Under the pieces are notes generated by a model. That model was not told the origin of the DNA. It did no database searches and worked only from the letters and a program-made list of their open reading frames with translations. DNA of 64,000 nt from Dehalococcoidia bacterium. GTDB lineage: Bacteria; Chloroflexota; Dehalococcoidia; Plut-88900. The position numbers and the translations under genes are program-made. The stretch spans positions 1,120,001 through 1,184,000 of the forward strand of contig CBDBLV010000005.1 in NCBI GenBank assembly GCA_965207225.1, in the 5' to 3' direction. This document shows, in pieces, positions 12,727 to 21,505 of the stretch. Each line of letters begins with the position of its first letter. The stretch's first letter is position 1.

Positions 12727-13119
12727 TCAGGTCAATGACGGTTCGTATAGCTCAAGTTCAGGTATTCGGATGAAGCCCTTGTCCAGGGTGTAGAGGGGAA
12801 CGTTGTGTCTGATGGCGGTGGCGGCGATGATAACGTCGGCATCGGTAAGGGAAAGACCTGTGCGCAGCAGTCGGTTGCTAAGTCGGCCAGCTGTCACCCA
12901 GACCATCTGGTCAGTTTCCAAATAATCGAGAGAAATGATCCGTTCGGTAAGGGTGTCCAACTCCTCAGGGCTCAGGGCCCCCTGTATATATTCCATGACA
13001 ATCGGGCCGGTCACTACGGCTTCGCCGGAGGCGAGGAGCGAGCCCAGGTGCACGGAGGCTTCGGAGTCGGGCATCCTTTGGGCCTGAATAAGTACGGAGG
13101 AGTCCAGCAGTACGGTCAA
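12727..13119 (-). CDS. vapC: PIN-domain toxin, VapC family
   Basis: LLDSSVLI, E, DADVIIAATA and YTLDKGF acidic PIN motif. Confidence 0.9.
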   Translation of the reverse strand: MTVLLDSSVLIQAQRMPDSEASVHLGSLLASGEAVVTGPIVMEYIQGALSPEELDTLTERIISLDYLETDQMVWVTAGRLSNRLLRTGLSLTDADVIIAATAIRHNVPLYTLDKGFIRIPELELYEPSLT

Positions 13120-13379
13120 GGTGAACCGTACCTTAACGAATCGAGAAACGCTCGGCGTCTCTCGTCAGCTGCTAACTGCTTTTTCTTGTTCTCCAAGTAT
13201 TCCTGGTAGTCTTCGTCGCTCATTGGGTTATTACGCCAGTATTCGAACATCTCCTGGACGCGCTTGCGACGGATGAAATCCTTGAGAGCGGTATTGACGG
13301 CCTTGCTCTTGTTCTTCTCCCCTGTGACTTCAACCACTGATTCAAGGAGTTTGCTTTCTATGTTCAATGTGGTTCTCAT
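13116..13379 (-). CDS. vapB: VapB-type RHH antitoxin
   Basis: MRTTLNI...KSKAVNTAL; 4-bp overlap with vapC. Confidence 0.85.
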   Translation of the reverse strand: MRTTLNIESKLLESVVEVTGEKNKSKAVNTALKDFIRRKRVQEMFEYWRNNPMSDEDYQEYLENKKKQLAADERRRAFLDSLRYGSP

Positions 13380-13450
13380 GAATCAATGCACCTCTAATAC
13401 GCGTCTTTGGCAAGCATCATTTTAACACATCAACTATTAGTGCATCTTTT

Positions 13451-14545
13451 TTATTTATGGTCATTGACCATGCTGAGGAAGCGTTTGAAGAGGTAGACGT
13501 TGTCGAGGGGGCCGGGTGAGGCCTCGGAGTGGTACTGGATGGATACAATTGGGTATTCGCGGTGGGCCAGGCCTTCGACGGTATCGTCGTTGAGGTTGAT
13601 GTGGCTGACCTCTACGGATGAAGAAGGGAAGTCGGCGGCGAGGGCGTAGCCGTGATTCTGGGCGGTGATGTGTACGCGACCCGTGACGAGGTCCTGCACG
13701 GGGTGGTTTGCTCCCCGATGCCCGAACTTCAGCTTAAAGGTGTTGCCGCCGAAGGCCTTGCCGATCATCTGGTGTCCCAGGCATATTCCCATCATGGGTT
13801 TGACCCCGACCAGGGCGCGAACGGTGTCTGAGATCTTGCCGAGCAGGGCAGGGTCGCCGGGGCCGGGGGATAGGAGGAGGCCGTCGGGGTCCATCTGGAG
13901 GATGTCCTCGGCGTCGGTGGCGGCGGGGATGACCGTGACCCGGCATCCGAGGCTGTTGAGGATACGGAGGATGTTGTACTTCAGGCCGTAGTCCAGGGCT
14001 ACGATATCGTGGGATGGAGAGTCGGGGCCATTGGTCGGCTGCCAGGTGTAGGGGGACGGGGTGGAGACCTCTGAGACGTAGTCCACGGAGTCGTAGCTGG
14101 GAAGGTTTCTGAGTCGGGCGAGGGCGGTCTGGGGGTCGTCGCTGGTTATCATCCCCATCATGACGCCCCTGGAGCGGAGGCGGCGGGTGACGGCGCGGGT
14201 GTCTACGCCGGCGATGCCGGAGATGCCCTGCGAAGCGAGGAACTCGGCAACGGTGGCCTCGCTGTTCCAGTGGCTCGGGAGGTCACAGTCCTCGCGGACC
14301 ACAAGGCCGCTGACCTGGATTCTCTTCGATTCCACGGTCTCGGGGTTGATGCCGTAGTTGCCGATGAGGGGGTAGGTGAGCATGACTATCTGACCAGCGT
14401 AGGAGGGGTCGGTGAGGATCTCCTGGTATCCGGTCATGCTGGTGTTGAACACCACCTCGCCGTGGCCTTCTGTTAGCGCACCGATGGCGGCGCCCTGGAA
14501 GGAGCTGCCGTCTTCCAACACCAACCAGGCTGTTCCGTTGGGCAT
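13451..14545 (-). CDS. carA: Carbamoyl-phosphate synthase small subunit
   Basis: LVLEDG, GEVVFNTSMTGYQE, GICLGHQ, QYHSEASPGP; start trimmed to MPNG. Confidence 0.97.
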   Translation of the reverse strand: MPNGTAWLVLEDGSSFQGAAIGALTEGHGEVVFNTSMTGYQEILTDPSYAGQIVMLTYPLIGNYGINPETVESKRIQVSGLVVREDCDLPSHWNSEATVAEFLASQGISGIAGVDTRAVTRRLRSRGVMMGMITSDDPQTALARLRNLPSYDSVDYVSEVSTPSPYTWQPTNGPDSPSHDIVALDYGLKYNILRILNSLGCRVTVIPAATDAEDILQMDPDGLLLSPGPGDPALLGKISDTVRALVGVKPMMGICLGHQMIGKAFGGNTFKLKFGHRGANHPVQDLVTGRVHITAQNHGYALAADFPSSSVEVSHINLNDDTVEGLAHREYPIVSIQYHSEASPGPLDNVYLFKRFLSMVNDHK

Positions 14546-14573
14546 GTGGGGCGAAATGTTTGTTGTCAATTTG

Positions 14574-15980
14574 CTATTCGTTCTCCGTTTCGGCGCCCGG
14601 AACCCGGTATCCCGGACGGTACCCGAGGCTCTCCGCCTGTTCGAAAGATTCAAAGTAAACGAGGTTTCCCGTGTGGAGGCGTCGGGAGGGATGGAAGCCT
14701 GCCTTGTGGAAGACCCTGGTCCTGCGGCTGCCTGCGGCCTCGGCGGTGGTGTCCCGCTGGCAGTAGCGGCAGCGGAGGACGGCGGGCCTTTCATCTACGA
14801 GGGCGAATTCGGGGGTGATGTAGGTGCTCTCCTTGTTGGAGACGCAGGTGGGGTTGGGGCACCTGATCCCTTCCTCAGACTTATAGGGGGGATAGTCCAG
14901 GGAGTAGGCGAAGCTGCCGGGATGGGTGGAGGCCTCGGGGTTTGATACGCCCAGGAAGGATGCGAGGAGCGCCATCCTAACCGGCACGCCATAGGCGGCC
15001 TGCTTGAAGTAGATGCTCCGTTCATCCTTATCGAGGGCGTAGTCGATTTCGTCCACGCGGGGGAGGGGGTGCATGATGAGGGCATCCCTGAAGCTGGGAC
15101 GACGCATGAACTCCCTGTCGACGCGGAGGGCGTCGTCGGGGGAGGGGTCCTGGGCGTCGACCTGGCGCTCCTTCTGCGTGCGGCTGGCATACACGACGTC
15201 GAGGTTGGGCTTGACAGCCTGGGTCGTGGCACTGAACTGGGCGGCGAGGTCCATCTTGGCGTTGGGGTCGGGGAGGGGAAGCTGGGACTGGGTCAGGTAT
15301 ATGGCGTCCATTTCCCTGAAGGAAGCGGAGGCACCGCCTTTCCCCTCGGTGACGATGCCCATGTACTCGCGGTTCAGGCGGTCCTTCACATAGTCGGGGA
15401 GCTCAAGACCCTTGCTGGGCATGAACATGATGTTGGCGCCAAACCCGGCCAGGGCGTAGGTGAGGGAATGTACGGTGCGGGCATTCCTCAGGTCGCCGCA
15501 AAGGACGACGGTGAGGTCTCGGATCTCTCCCTTTTCCCGTTTGAGGGTGTAGAGGTCGCAGAGGGACTGAGTGGGGTGCTCGTGGCTGCCATCACCGGCG
15601 TTGATAACGGGGACCGAGGCGTAGTCGGCGACGACGCGTGCTGCACCTTCCCAAGGATGCCGGACGACGATGATGTCGACATAGCTACTGATGACGCGTG
15701 CGGTGTCGGCGAGGGTCTCGCCCTTGGCGATGGAGGTGGTGCTGACGTCTACGGCCGTCACGACGCTGCCTCCGAGCCGGAGCATGGCGGTCTCGAAGGA
15801 GAGGCGGGTGCGGGTGCTGGGTTCGTAGAAAAGGCTGGCCATGACCATGCCCTTGCAGAGGTTGGAGTGGCCACGGATATCGGTGTGCATCCGGTCGGCG
15901 AGGGAGAAGATAGCCTCTATCTCGTCGTTGGAGACGTCGTCGACGGTGACGAGGTTGCGGCCCTTGAGGTCTATCGCCAT
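14574..15980 (-). CDS. pyrB: Aspartate carbamoyltransferase catalytic chain with C-terminal PyrI-like zinc domain and Ada-like tail
   Basis: FYEPSTRT, HPTQ and HPLP motifs, then CPNPTCVS...CRYC. Confidence 0.93.
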   Translation of the reverse strand: MAIDLKGRNLVTVDDVSNDEIEAIFSLADRMHTDIRGHSNLCKGMVMASLFYEPSTRTRLSFETAMLRLGGSVVTAVDVSTTSIAKGETLADTARVISSYVDIIVVRHPWEGAARVVADYASVPVINAGDGSHEHPTQSLCDLYTLKREKGEIRDLTVVLCGDLRNARTVHSLTYALAGFGANIMFMPSKGLELPDYVKDRLNREYMGIVTEGKGGASASFREMDAIYLTQSQLPLPDPNAKMDLAAQFSATTQAVKPNLDVVYASRTQKERQVDAQDPSPDDALRVDREFMRRPSFRDALIMHPLPRVDEIDYALDKDERSIYFKQAAYGVPVRMALLASFLGVSNPEASTHPGSFAYSLDYPPYKSEEGIRCPNPTCVSNKESTYITPEFALVDERPAVLRCRYCQRDTTAEAAGSRRTRVFHKAGFHPSRRLHTGNLVYFESFEQAESLGYRPGYRVPGAETENE

Positions 15981-16555
15981 TTCGCACCTCCCGCTACACG
16001 TTCGGCATCCGTTGAAGGTACACCGCTCCCGAGCAGCACCACCTCGTCCCTCCCATCCATCTCCTCCAAACGGACTTTGACGGTCTGGTCGAGGGACGTC
16101 GGGATGTTCTTTCCTACGAAGTCGGCGCGGATGGGGAGCTCCCGGTGGCCCCTATCGATGAGGACGAGGAGCTGCACGGAGCGGGGGCGGCCGAGCTTGA
16201 CTATGGCATCGAGGGCGGCGCGAACGGTCCGGCCGGTGAACAGGACGTCGTCAACGAGGACCACGTTGCGGCCTGCCACGCCGCCGCGGATGGTCAGTCC
16301 TTTGCCGTTGGAGGGTTGAGGAGGCGAGGGAAGGTCATCGCGGAAGGGCCTGGTGTCCAGGGCGGCGACGGGTATGCGGCCATTGCCGTTGCCGGAGATG
16401 TTGTTGGCGATGCGCCGGGCCAGGGGTTCGCCGCGGCTGAGAATGCCGATAAGCAACAGGTCCGAAGTATCGGCGTGAGCTTCGACAAGCTCGTGGGAGA
16501 CCCTTTTGAGGGCCTTGCGGATGTCTTTGGCGGACAGGAGGACGGTGTCGGCCAA
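15971..16555 (-). CDS. pyrR: Bifunctional pyr attenuation regulator / UPRTase
   Basis: LVDDVLFTGRTVRAAL and DRGHRELPIRADFVGKN; probable TTG start. Confidence 0.95.
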   Translation of the reverse strand: MADTVLLSAKDIRKALKRVSHELVEAHADTSDLLLIGILSRGEPLARRIANNISGNGNGRIPVAALDTRPFRDDLPSPPQPSNGKGLTIRGGVAGRNVVLVDDVLFTGRTVRAALDAIVKLGRPRSVQLLVLIDRGHRELPIRADFVGKNIPTSLDQTVKVRLEEMDGRDEVVLLGSGVPSTDAERVAGGAKWR

Positions 16556-16590
16556 AAAAATACCCCTGCCTGAGGGCGGCAAGGGTGTAG
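16554..16590 (-). terminator. Attenuator terminator of the pyr leader
   Basis: CCTTGCC-gccctca-GGCAGGG hairpin followed by T7. Confidence 0.8.
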
Positions 16591-16617
16591 GCCGAAATCG
16601 GCTGCGGTAATCCTGTT

Positions 16618-16652
16618 TTCCTTGCCAGCCTCTCTGGACTGAATTAAAGGTC
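16618..16652 (-). promoter_or_regulatory. PyrR-binding RNA element
   Basis: CCTTTAA-TTC-AGTCCAGAGAGGCT-GGCAAGG matches the ARUCCNGNGAGGYU consensus. Confidence 0.92.
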
Positions 16653-16771
16653 CGTTACCGCGATTAGGTGGTTGTCGGGTGCTGGTTGCTGGGGTTTATT
16701 GTAGCGCGAACCAGGCCGGCGGGGCAAGGGAATGCGCGGTCGGGCCTTATTTGTCGGGCGGTCCTGAGGGG

Positions 16772-17857
16772 TCAGGGCGGGGGGCGGCCCCGGGCGATGC
16801 GGGGTTTGGGTGAGGGGCTGGGAAAGGGGTAGGCCCAACCGGGCGACCGGCCGGTCGCCCCTACGGCGGAGGGGAGGGTATCGGCGTGGGCGGCGTCCAG
16901 GGTACCCACAAGGGGCACCCCTACAGGGGAGAGGGATGGACCCATTTCTTCGGGGGGCGGGGCGTCATCGTCCAGGTTGTGGTTGTAGGGCGGGTAGTCG
17001 GGGTGGGAGTCTTCATCATCGGGGTCTTGGTTGTCGGAATTGGAAGAAGAATCCGGGTCATCGGGGTCATAGTCATCGTCGTCGGGGTCATCATCGAAGG
17101 TGTCAGTGTCGTCAGAAAGATCATCATCGAGCGGGTTGCCGTAGTAGCGGGCCTCGGCCTCTTTCATGGCATCCATCATGGTGGAGTCCTCTTCATCGAT
17201 GAGGCCGTCCCGGCGTCGCTCATCTATGGACACCAGCTGTCTCCAGGGCCACCACTTCTCCCCGGGCCTGGCTGTGCGGACGGGGAGGAGGTCATAGTAG
17301 GAGGTATTGCCATCATCCACCTCCTTGTGGAAGAGCTTCTTGATGAGGGAGTCGACTTCCTGTTCGTCGGTGAGCTCTCTGGGAGCTTTGGCCTGGGCGG
17401 ACTGGGCCTGTATGAGGAGTCGCATGTAGCGGGAGATGTAGGTGTGGTCCAGGGGGCGCCTGCTCAAGAGGCGGTTGATCATGGAACGAAGGAGAGCAAT
17501 CTCCTGCTCGAAGCCCCGGCCCTCGGGGGCCAGACGCGGCAACGAGCCTTCGGCTTGGCCGGCATTACCGGACCCATCGCGGTTTTGCGGGTACGGTCTT
17601 CCGCGTCGACTGCGCTCCTGACGTGCAGGGGCGGGGGTGCGGGTCTTCTTCTGCGGTAGGTTGCCGCAGGCATCCGAGGTCGTGAGGATCGCGTCGGGGG
17701 ACGCCGGGCCTCGGGGGTTCTTCCGCGGCGCAGGGCCGCGGGCATCCGGGGCCAGGTCGGGCCCCGGGGGGAGATCAACCGCCTCTTGAGCGGGCGCCCC
17801 GTTGGAGGGGTGATGGAAGATTGACAGTAATTTGTTGTGAAGTTTGGGTGTAGACAT
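16772..17857 (-). CDS. Hypothetical protein (disordered N-terminus, helical core, Asp-rich tract)
   Basis: 361-codon ORF with a near-consensus promoter directly upstream. Confidence 0.65.
   Translation of the reverse strand: MSTPKLHNKLLSIFHHPSNGAPAQEAVDLPPGPDLAPDARGPAPRKNPRGPASPDAILTTSDACGNLPQKKTRTPAPARQERSRRGRPYPQNRDGSGNAGQAEGSLPRLAPEGRGFEQEIALLRSMINRLLSRRPLDHTYISRYMRLLIQAQSAQAKAPRELTDEQEVDSLIKKLFHKEVDDGNTSYYDLLPVRTARPGEKWWPWRQLVSIDERRRDGLIDEEDSTMMDAMKEAEARYYGNPLDDDLSDDTDTFDDDPDDDDYDPDDPDSSSNSDNQDPDDEDSHPDYPPYNHNLDDDAPPPEEMGPSLSPVGVPLVGTLDAAHADTLPSAVGATGRSPGWAYPFPSPSPKPRIARGRPPP
16841..16924 (-). repeat. Two GTAG-type REP palindromes inside the 3' end of an ORF
   Basis: GTAGGGGTGCCCCTTGTGGGTACCCT and GTAGGGGCGACCGGCCGGTCGCCC. 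Confidence 0.75.
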
Positions 17858-17871
17858 TCGGTCTGAACGTT

Positions 17872-17899
17872 AGTATAGAACGTGCAGTGCAGTTGTCAA
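17872..17899 (-). promoter_or_regulatory. sigma70 promoter TTGACA-N16-TATACT
   Basis: -10 hexamer ends 14 nt before the ATG at 17857; no RBS, so near-leaderless. Confidence 0.65.
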
Positions 17900-17951
17900 T
17901 AGGCAGAGGGGGCAGTTTTGGGGGAGTTTCCCCCAGGGCCCCGGGGGGGGG

Positions 17952-18100
17952 GGGAACCCTCACCCCCTTGGTCCCCCTCTCCCCCTCGAGGGACTCGAGG
18001 CAGGCTCTTAGGGCCTGTAAGGGAGAGGGGGAGAAAAAACAGAGGCAGGCGCATGTGCTATGCACATGCGCCTGCCTCTAGTTTGGTACTGGGGGGAAGG
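17952..18100 (+). repeat. Composite two-hairpin repeat, copy C
   Basis: Same scaffold; hairpin 18041-18079. Confidence 0.85.
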
Positions 18101-18471
18101 AGATGGAGGGAGGTGGTCGGCTAGAGATGGGGTGGGTTGGGGGAGAGGTGCGACAGATCCCTCGCGGGGCATCGGGATGGGAAAATTGGAGCGTTGGGAC
18201 AGGATCTAGCCCTCTGCCCTCGAGAGGGCTTTGAATAACTGGTCTCTTGGCACTCGTATCACCCTCACCCCCCGACTTCTCGGGGGCAGGCTCTAGCCCT
18301 CTCCCATCGAGGGGGAGGGGACTGAAGACCCCGCCTCGCCCCGCGGGGTAGATTCCGGCTTGGGGAGCAAGATGATGGAGAATGGGAATCGAAGGGGATG
18401 GAAGGGGTGGGGGGATGTGGGGTATCTTAGGAGGCCGGATGAGACAGAATTAGGCAGGGAGGGCTTTTGGA

Positions 18472-18596
18472 ATGGATAAGATAAGGATTATGCCGAAGGG
18501 GCATTGGTATTGGAGTATGCCGGTGCCGTTTTCGCAGGGTTGGAAGGTCGGGAAGATGGTATTCGTCGGGGGGCAGATAGCGGCGGATGAGCATGG
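18472..18596 (+). pseudogene. RidA/Rid family gene, 5' fragment (IS21-disrupted)
   Basis: MDKIRIMPKGHWYWSMPVPFSQGWKVGKMVFVGGQIAADEH(G); joins 21191 in frame. Confidence 0.9.
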
Positions 18597-18719
18597 TGTC
18601 AATACCCAGGAACATTGAGCCACAATACCCACTAACATTGAGCCAGATAACCAGGGTCTTTGAGCCACCCTGAGCGCCCCAGCTTAGACCATTGCAGCAC
18701 TTGATAAGGAGGTGCCGCG

Positions 18720-20300
18720 ATGGCCTACAAGGAGGTACTCAGAGTGGAGATAGAAGAAGTCATCCGGCGCTGGCAGGCTGGAGAGAGCCAGCGCCACATA
18801 GCGACTGGGACGGGCCTGTCCCGGAACACGGTGGTCAAATACATCTCCTCGGCGGAGAGGTTGGGGCTGTCCCGGGACGGACCGGGTCCCAGCGAGGAGC
18901 AGCTGAGCAAGCTGGCGGCCATCGGCCGTGCGGGACCGCGGCAGACCAAGATGCCCATAGAGGAGAGGCTGTCCCCCTGGGCCGACCAGATTCAGCAGTG
19001 GCTCATCGGGGACCGGCTGCAACTGACCCGCATCCGGGAGTTGCTCTTGGAGCGGGGCTGCGATGTGCCCTATTCGTCGTTACAGCGCTTCGTGGCCCGC
19101 CGCAACTGGCGAGGCCGCAGTCTTCGGACGGTGCGGATGGAGGAGAGTCCTCCGGGCGAGGTGGCGGAGCTGGACTTCGGTCGGCTGGGGCCGCTGGAGG
19201 ACCCGGAGACGGGACGCCGCCGGACGGTGTGGGCGCTGATCGTGGTGCTGGCCTACTCGCGGCACAGCTTCGTCTGGCCCACCCACGGGCAGAAGCTGGA
19301 GGACGTGGTCGCCGGACTGGAGGCGGCCTGGGCTTTCTTCGACGGCATACCCAAGTACCTGGTCATCGACAACTTCCCGGCGGCGGTGGCCGGGGCCGAC
19401 GCCCTGCACCCCAGGCTGACCAGGGGCTTCCTGGAGTACTCGCAGCGCCGGGGCTTCATCACCGACCCGGCCCGGGTGCGCCACCCCAGGGATAAGCCCA
19501 AGGTGGAGCGGGGAGTCCAGTACGTGAGAGAGCGCTTCTTCAAGGGAGCCTCCTTCAGGGACCTGCCTCACATGCGGAAGGAAGCGCTCCACTGGTGCCG
19601 TGAGGTGGCCGGACAGCGGGTGCACGGCACCACCAGGCGCAAGCCCGTGGAGGTCTTCGACACAGAGGAGCGCCAGACGTTGCTGCCCTGGGACGGCGAT
19701 CCCTACGAGGTTACCCGCTGGCGCAACGCCAAGGTGCAGCGCGACCACCACGTGACCTGCCAGCACGCCCTCTACTCGGTGCCGTCGGCCCTGTGCCCTC
19801 CGGGGCAGCAGGTGGAGATCGCGCTGGACAGCAAGCTGGTGCGCATCTACCACCGGGGCAAGCTGATCAAGGTCCATCCCCGTCAGCCCAGGGGCAAACG
19901 CTCCACCGACACCGACGACTACCCAAAGGAGTTCATCGCCTACACCCTGCGAGGGCCCGACAAGATCAAGCAGAGCGCGGCGGAGCTGGGAGAGGCGGTG
20001 GCCGCCTTCGCCGACCGGCTCTTCGAAGGCCCCACGCCTTGGGCCAAGGTGCGGCAGGGACACAAGCTGCTCCGCCTCGCCCAGCGCTACACCCCCGACC
20101 GGCTGAACGACGCCTGCCGCAAGGCCTTGGACGTGGACCTCATCGACGTGCACCGCGTCGAGCGCATCCTGGTTGAAGCCCTGGAGCAGCAGGATGCGCC
20201 GCCCCTTGCCGACCTCATACCGCCGGGGCGCTTCGCCAGGCCCGGCTCCGTCTTCGCCCTGGTCAACGGCCATCACCCAACCGAAGGAGTTACGCTATGA
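18720..20300 (+). CDS. istA: IS21 DDE transposase
   Basis: N-terminal HTH, LDFG, IDN, KPKVER and RVHGTT motifs. Confidence 0.97.
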   Translation: MAYKEVLRVEIEEVIRRWQAGESQRHIATGTGLSRNTVVKYISSAERLGLSRDGPGPSEEQLSKLAAIGRAGPRQTKMPIEERLSPWADQIQQWLIGDRLQLTRIRELLLERGCDVPYSSLQRFVARRNWRGRSLRTVRMEESPPGEVAELDFGRLGPLEDPETGRRRTVWALIVVLAYSRHSFVWPTHGQKLEDVVAGLEAAWAFFDGIPKYLVIDNFPAAVAGADALHPRLTRGFLEYSQRRGFITDPARVRHPRDKPKVERGVQYVRERFFKGASFRDLPHMRKEALHWCREVAGQRVHGTTRRKPVEVFDTEERQTLLPWDGDPYEVTRWRNAKVQRDHHVTCQHALYSVPSALCPPGQQVEIALDSKLVRIYHRGKLIKVHPRQPRGKRSTDTDDYPKEFIAYTLRGPDKIKQSAAELGEAVAAFADRLFEGPTPWAKVRQGHKLLRLAQRYTPDRLNDACRKALDVDLIDVHRVERILVEALEQQDAPPLADLIPPGRFARPGSVFALVNGHHPTEGVTL

Positions 20301-21091
20301 CCCGCAACCGCAACGTCGATCTGGCCCCGCTGCTCAAGACCCTCAAGCTCAGCGGCATGCTGGACACCCTGCCCGAGCGCATCGCCCTGGCCCGAAGGGA
20401 CCAGTTGGACTATGCCGCCTTCCTGGAGATCATCCTAGCCGACGAGGTCAGCCGCAGGGAGAACCGGCGCATCGAGACCCGCCTGAACCGGGCCGGCTTC
20501 GAGGAGACCTGCCGCCTGGAGGACTTCGACTGGACGTCCGAAATCACCCTGGACCGCCGCCTCCTTGACGCCGCCTTCTCCCTGGACTTCATCCCCAGGC
20601 ACGAGCACGTCCTGCTCATGGGACCGGCGGGCGTCGGCAAGAGCTTCCTGGCCCAGGCCCTCGGCTACGCCGCCGTCAGAGCCGGATACTCCGTCCGCTT
20701 CATCCACGCATACGACTTCTTCAAAGCCATGTCCCAAGCCAGGGTGGACAACTCGGTGGACAAAGCCTTCCGCTCCTTCCTCTCCCCCGACCTGCTCATC
20801 CTCGACGACCTGGGCCTGCACCGTCTCAACGCACAACAGTCATCGGACCTCTACCAGCTCATCGTCGGCAAGCATCGGGCCTCCAGCTTCGTCATCACCT
20901 CCAACCGCGCCATCGAGGAGTGGCTCGGCCTCTTCAACGATCCCATCCTGGGCAACAGCGCCCTGGACCGTCTGGCCAACACCAGCTACCAGATCGTCAT
21001 CGAGGGCACCAGCTACCGGGAGAGGCTCTCTCCTCACCGCGCCCTACTGGGCAAAGTGGCCAAAATCCTCGGCAAGAAGGGAGGTGATTGA
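20297..21091 (+). CDS. istB: IS21 AAA+ helper ATPase
   Basis: GPAGVGKS, LLILDDLG, TSN, LDRL and GTSYR motifs. Confidence 0.97.
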   Translation: MTRNRNVDLAPLLKTLKLSGMLDTLPERIALARRDQLDYAAFLEIILADEVSRRENRRIETRLNRAGFEETCRLEDFDWTSEITLDRRLLDAAFSLDFIPRHEHVLLMGPAGVGKSFLAQALGYAAVRAGYSVRFIHAYDFFKAMSQARVDNSVDKAFRSFLSPDLLILDDLGLHRLNAQQSSDLYQLIVGKHRASSFVITSNRAIEEWLGLFNDPILGNSALDRLANTSYQIVIEGTSYRERLSPHRALLGKVAKILGKKGGD

Positions 21092-21190
21092 ACCGCCGAT
21101 AGCATCCTGTCATAATCCGTATCATCGGCGTTCAGGGTGGCTCAATGTTCGTGGGTAACCTGGCTCAAAGATCTTGGGTAACGACAATGG

Positions 21191-21482
21191 GACACCGTTG
21201 GCGCCCTTCGACATCGAGGAGCAGACCCGAATCGTATTCGAGAACGTGCGGACTGTGCTGGGGGAGGTCGGGGCGGAGATGAAGGACATAGTGAAGCTGA
21301 ACACGTATTACGTGGACGACTCCAAGGGTGACGAGTCGAGGAAGTTCTGGGAGAAGATGACCCACGTGAGGAACAAGTACATCCCGAGCCCCGGGCCTGC
21401 GGCGACGGCAGTGAAGGTGGCGGGGCTGGCGTACGACGGCCTGGTTATCGAGGTGGAGGCGATTGCGATAGTGGATGAGTAG
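21191..21482 (+). pseudogene. RidA/Rid family gene, 3' fragment
   Basis: DIEEQTR...DIVKLNTYY...R...PAATAVKVAGL...IEVEAIA. Confidence 0.9.
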
Positions 21483-21505
21483 GCCTCGAGACACAGGGGT
21501 GAAAC

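Larger units (their letters stand above)
18597..21186 (+). mobile_element. Complete IS21-family insertion sequence (2590 bp)
   Basis: TGTC...GACA ends, 3 left and 2 right subterminal repeats ending TTGAGCCA, 4-bp target duplication ATGG, istA-istB. Confidence 0.97.

Noticed and set aside
17943-17954. G12 tract as a phase-variation switch
   Set aside because: It is intergenic at the edge of a repeat and outside the nearby promoter spacer; its length may be a sequencing artefact.
18597-18678. CRISPR-like short repeats
   Set aside because: They abut without unique spacers and mirror the right end of the IS; these are IS21 subterminal repeats.
21174-21482. Intact 102-aa Rid protein from the ORF track
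   Set aside because: Its start lies inside the IS right end; it is the 3' fragment of the split gene.
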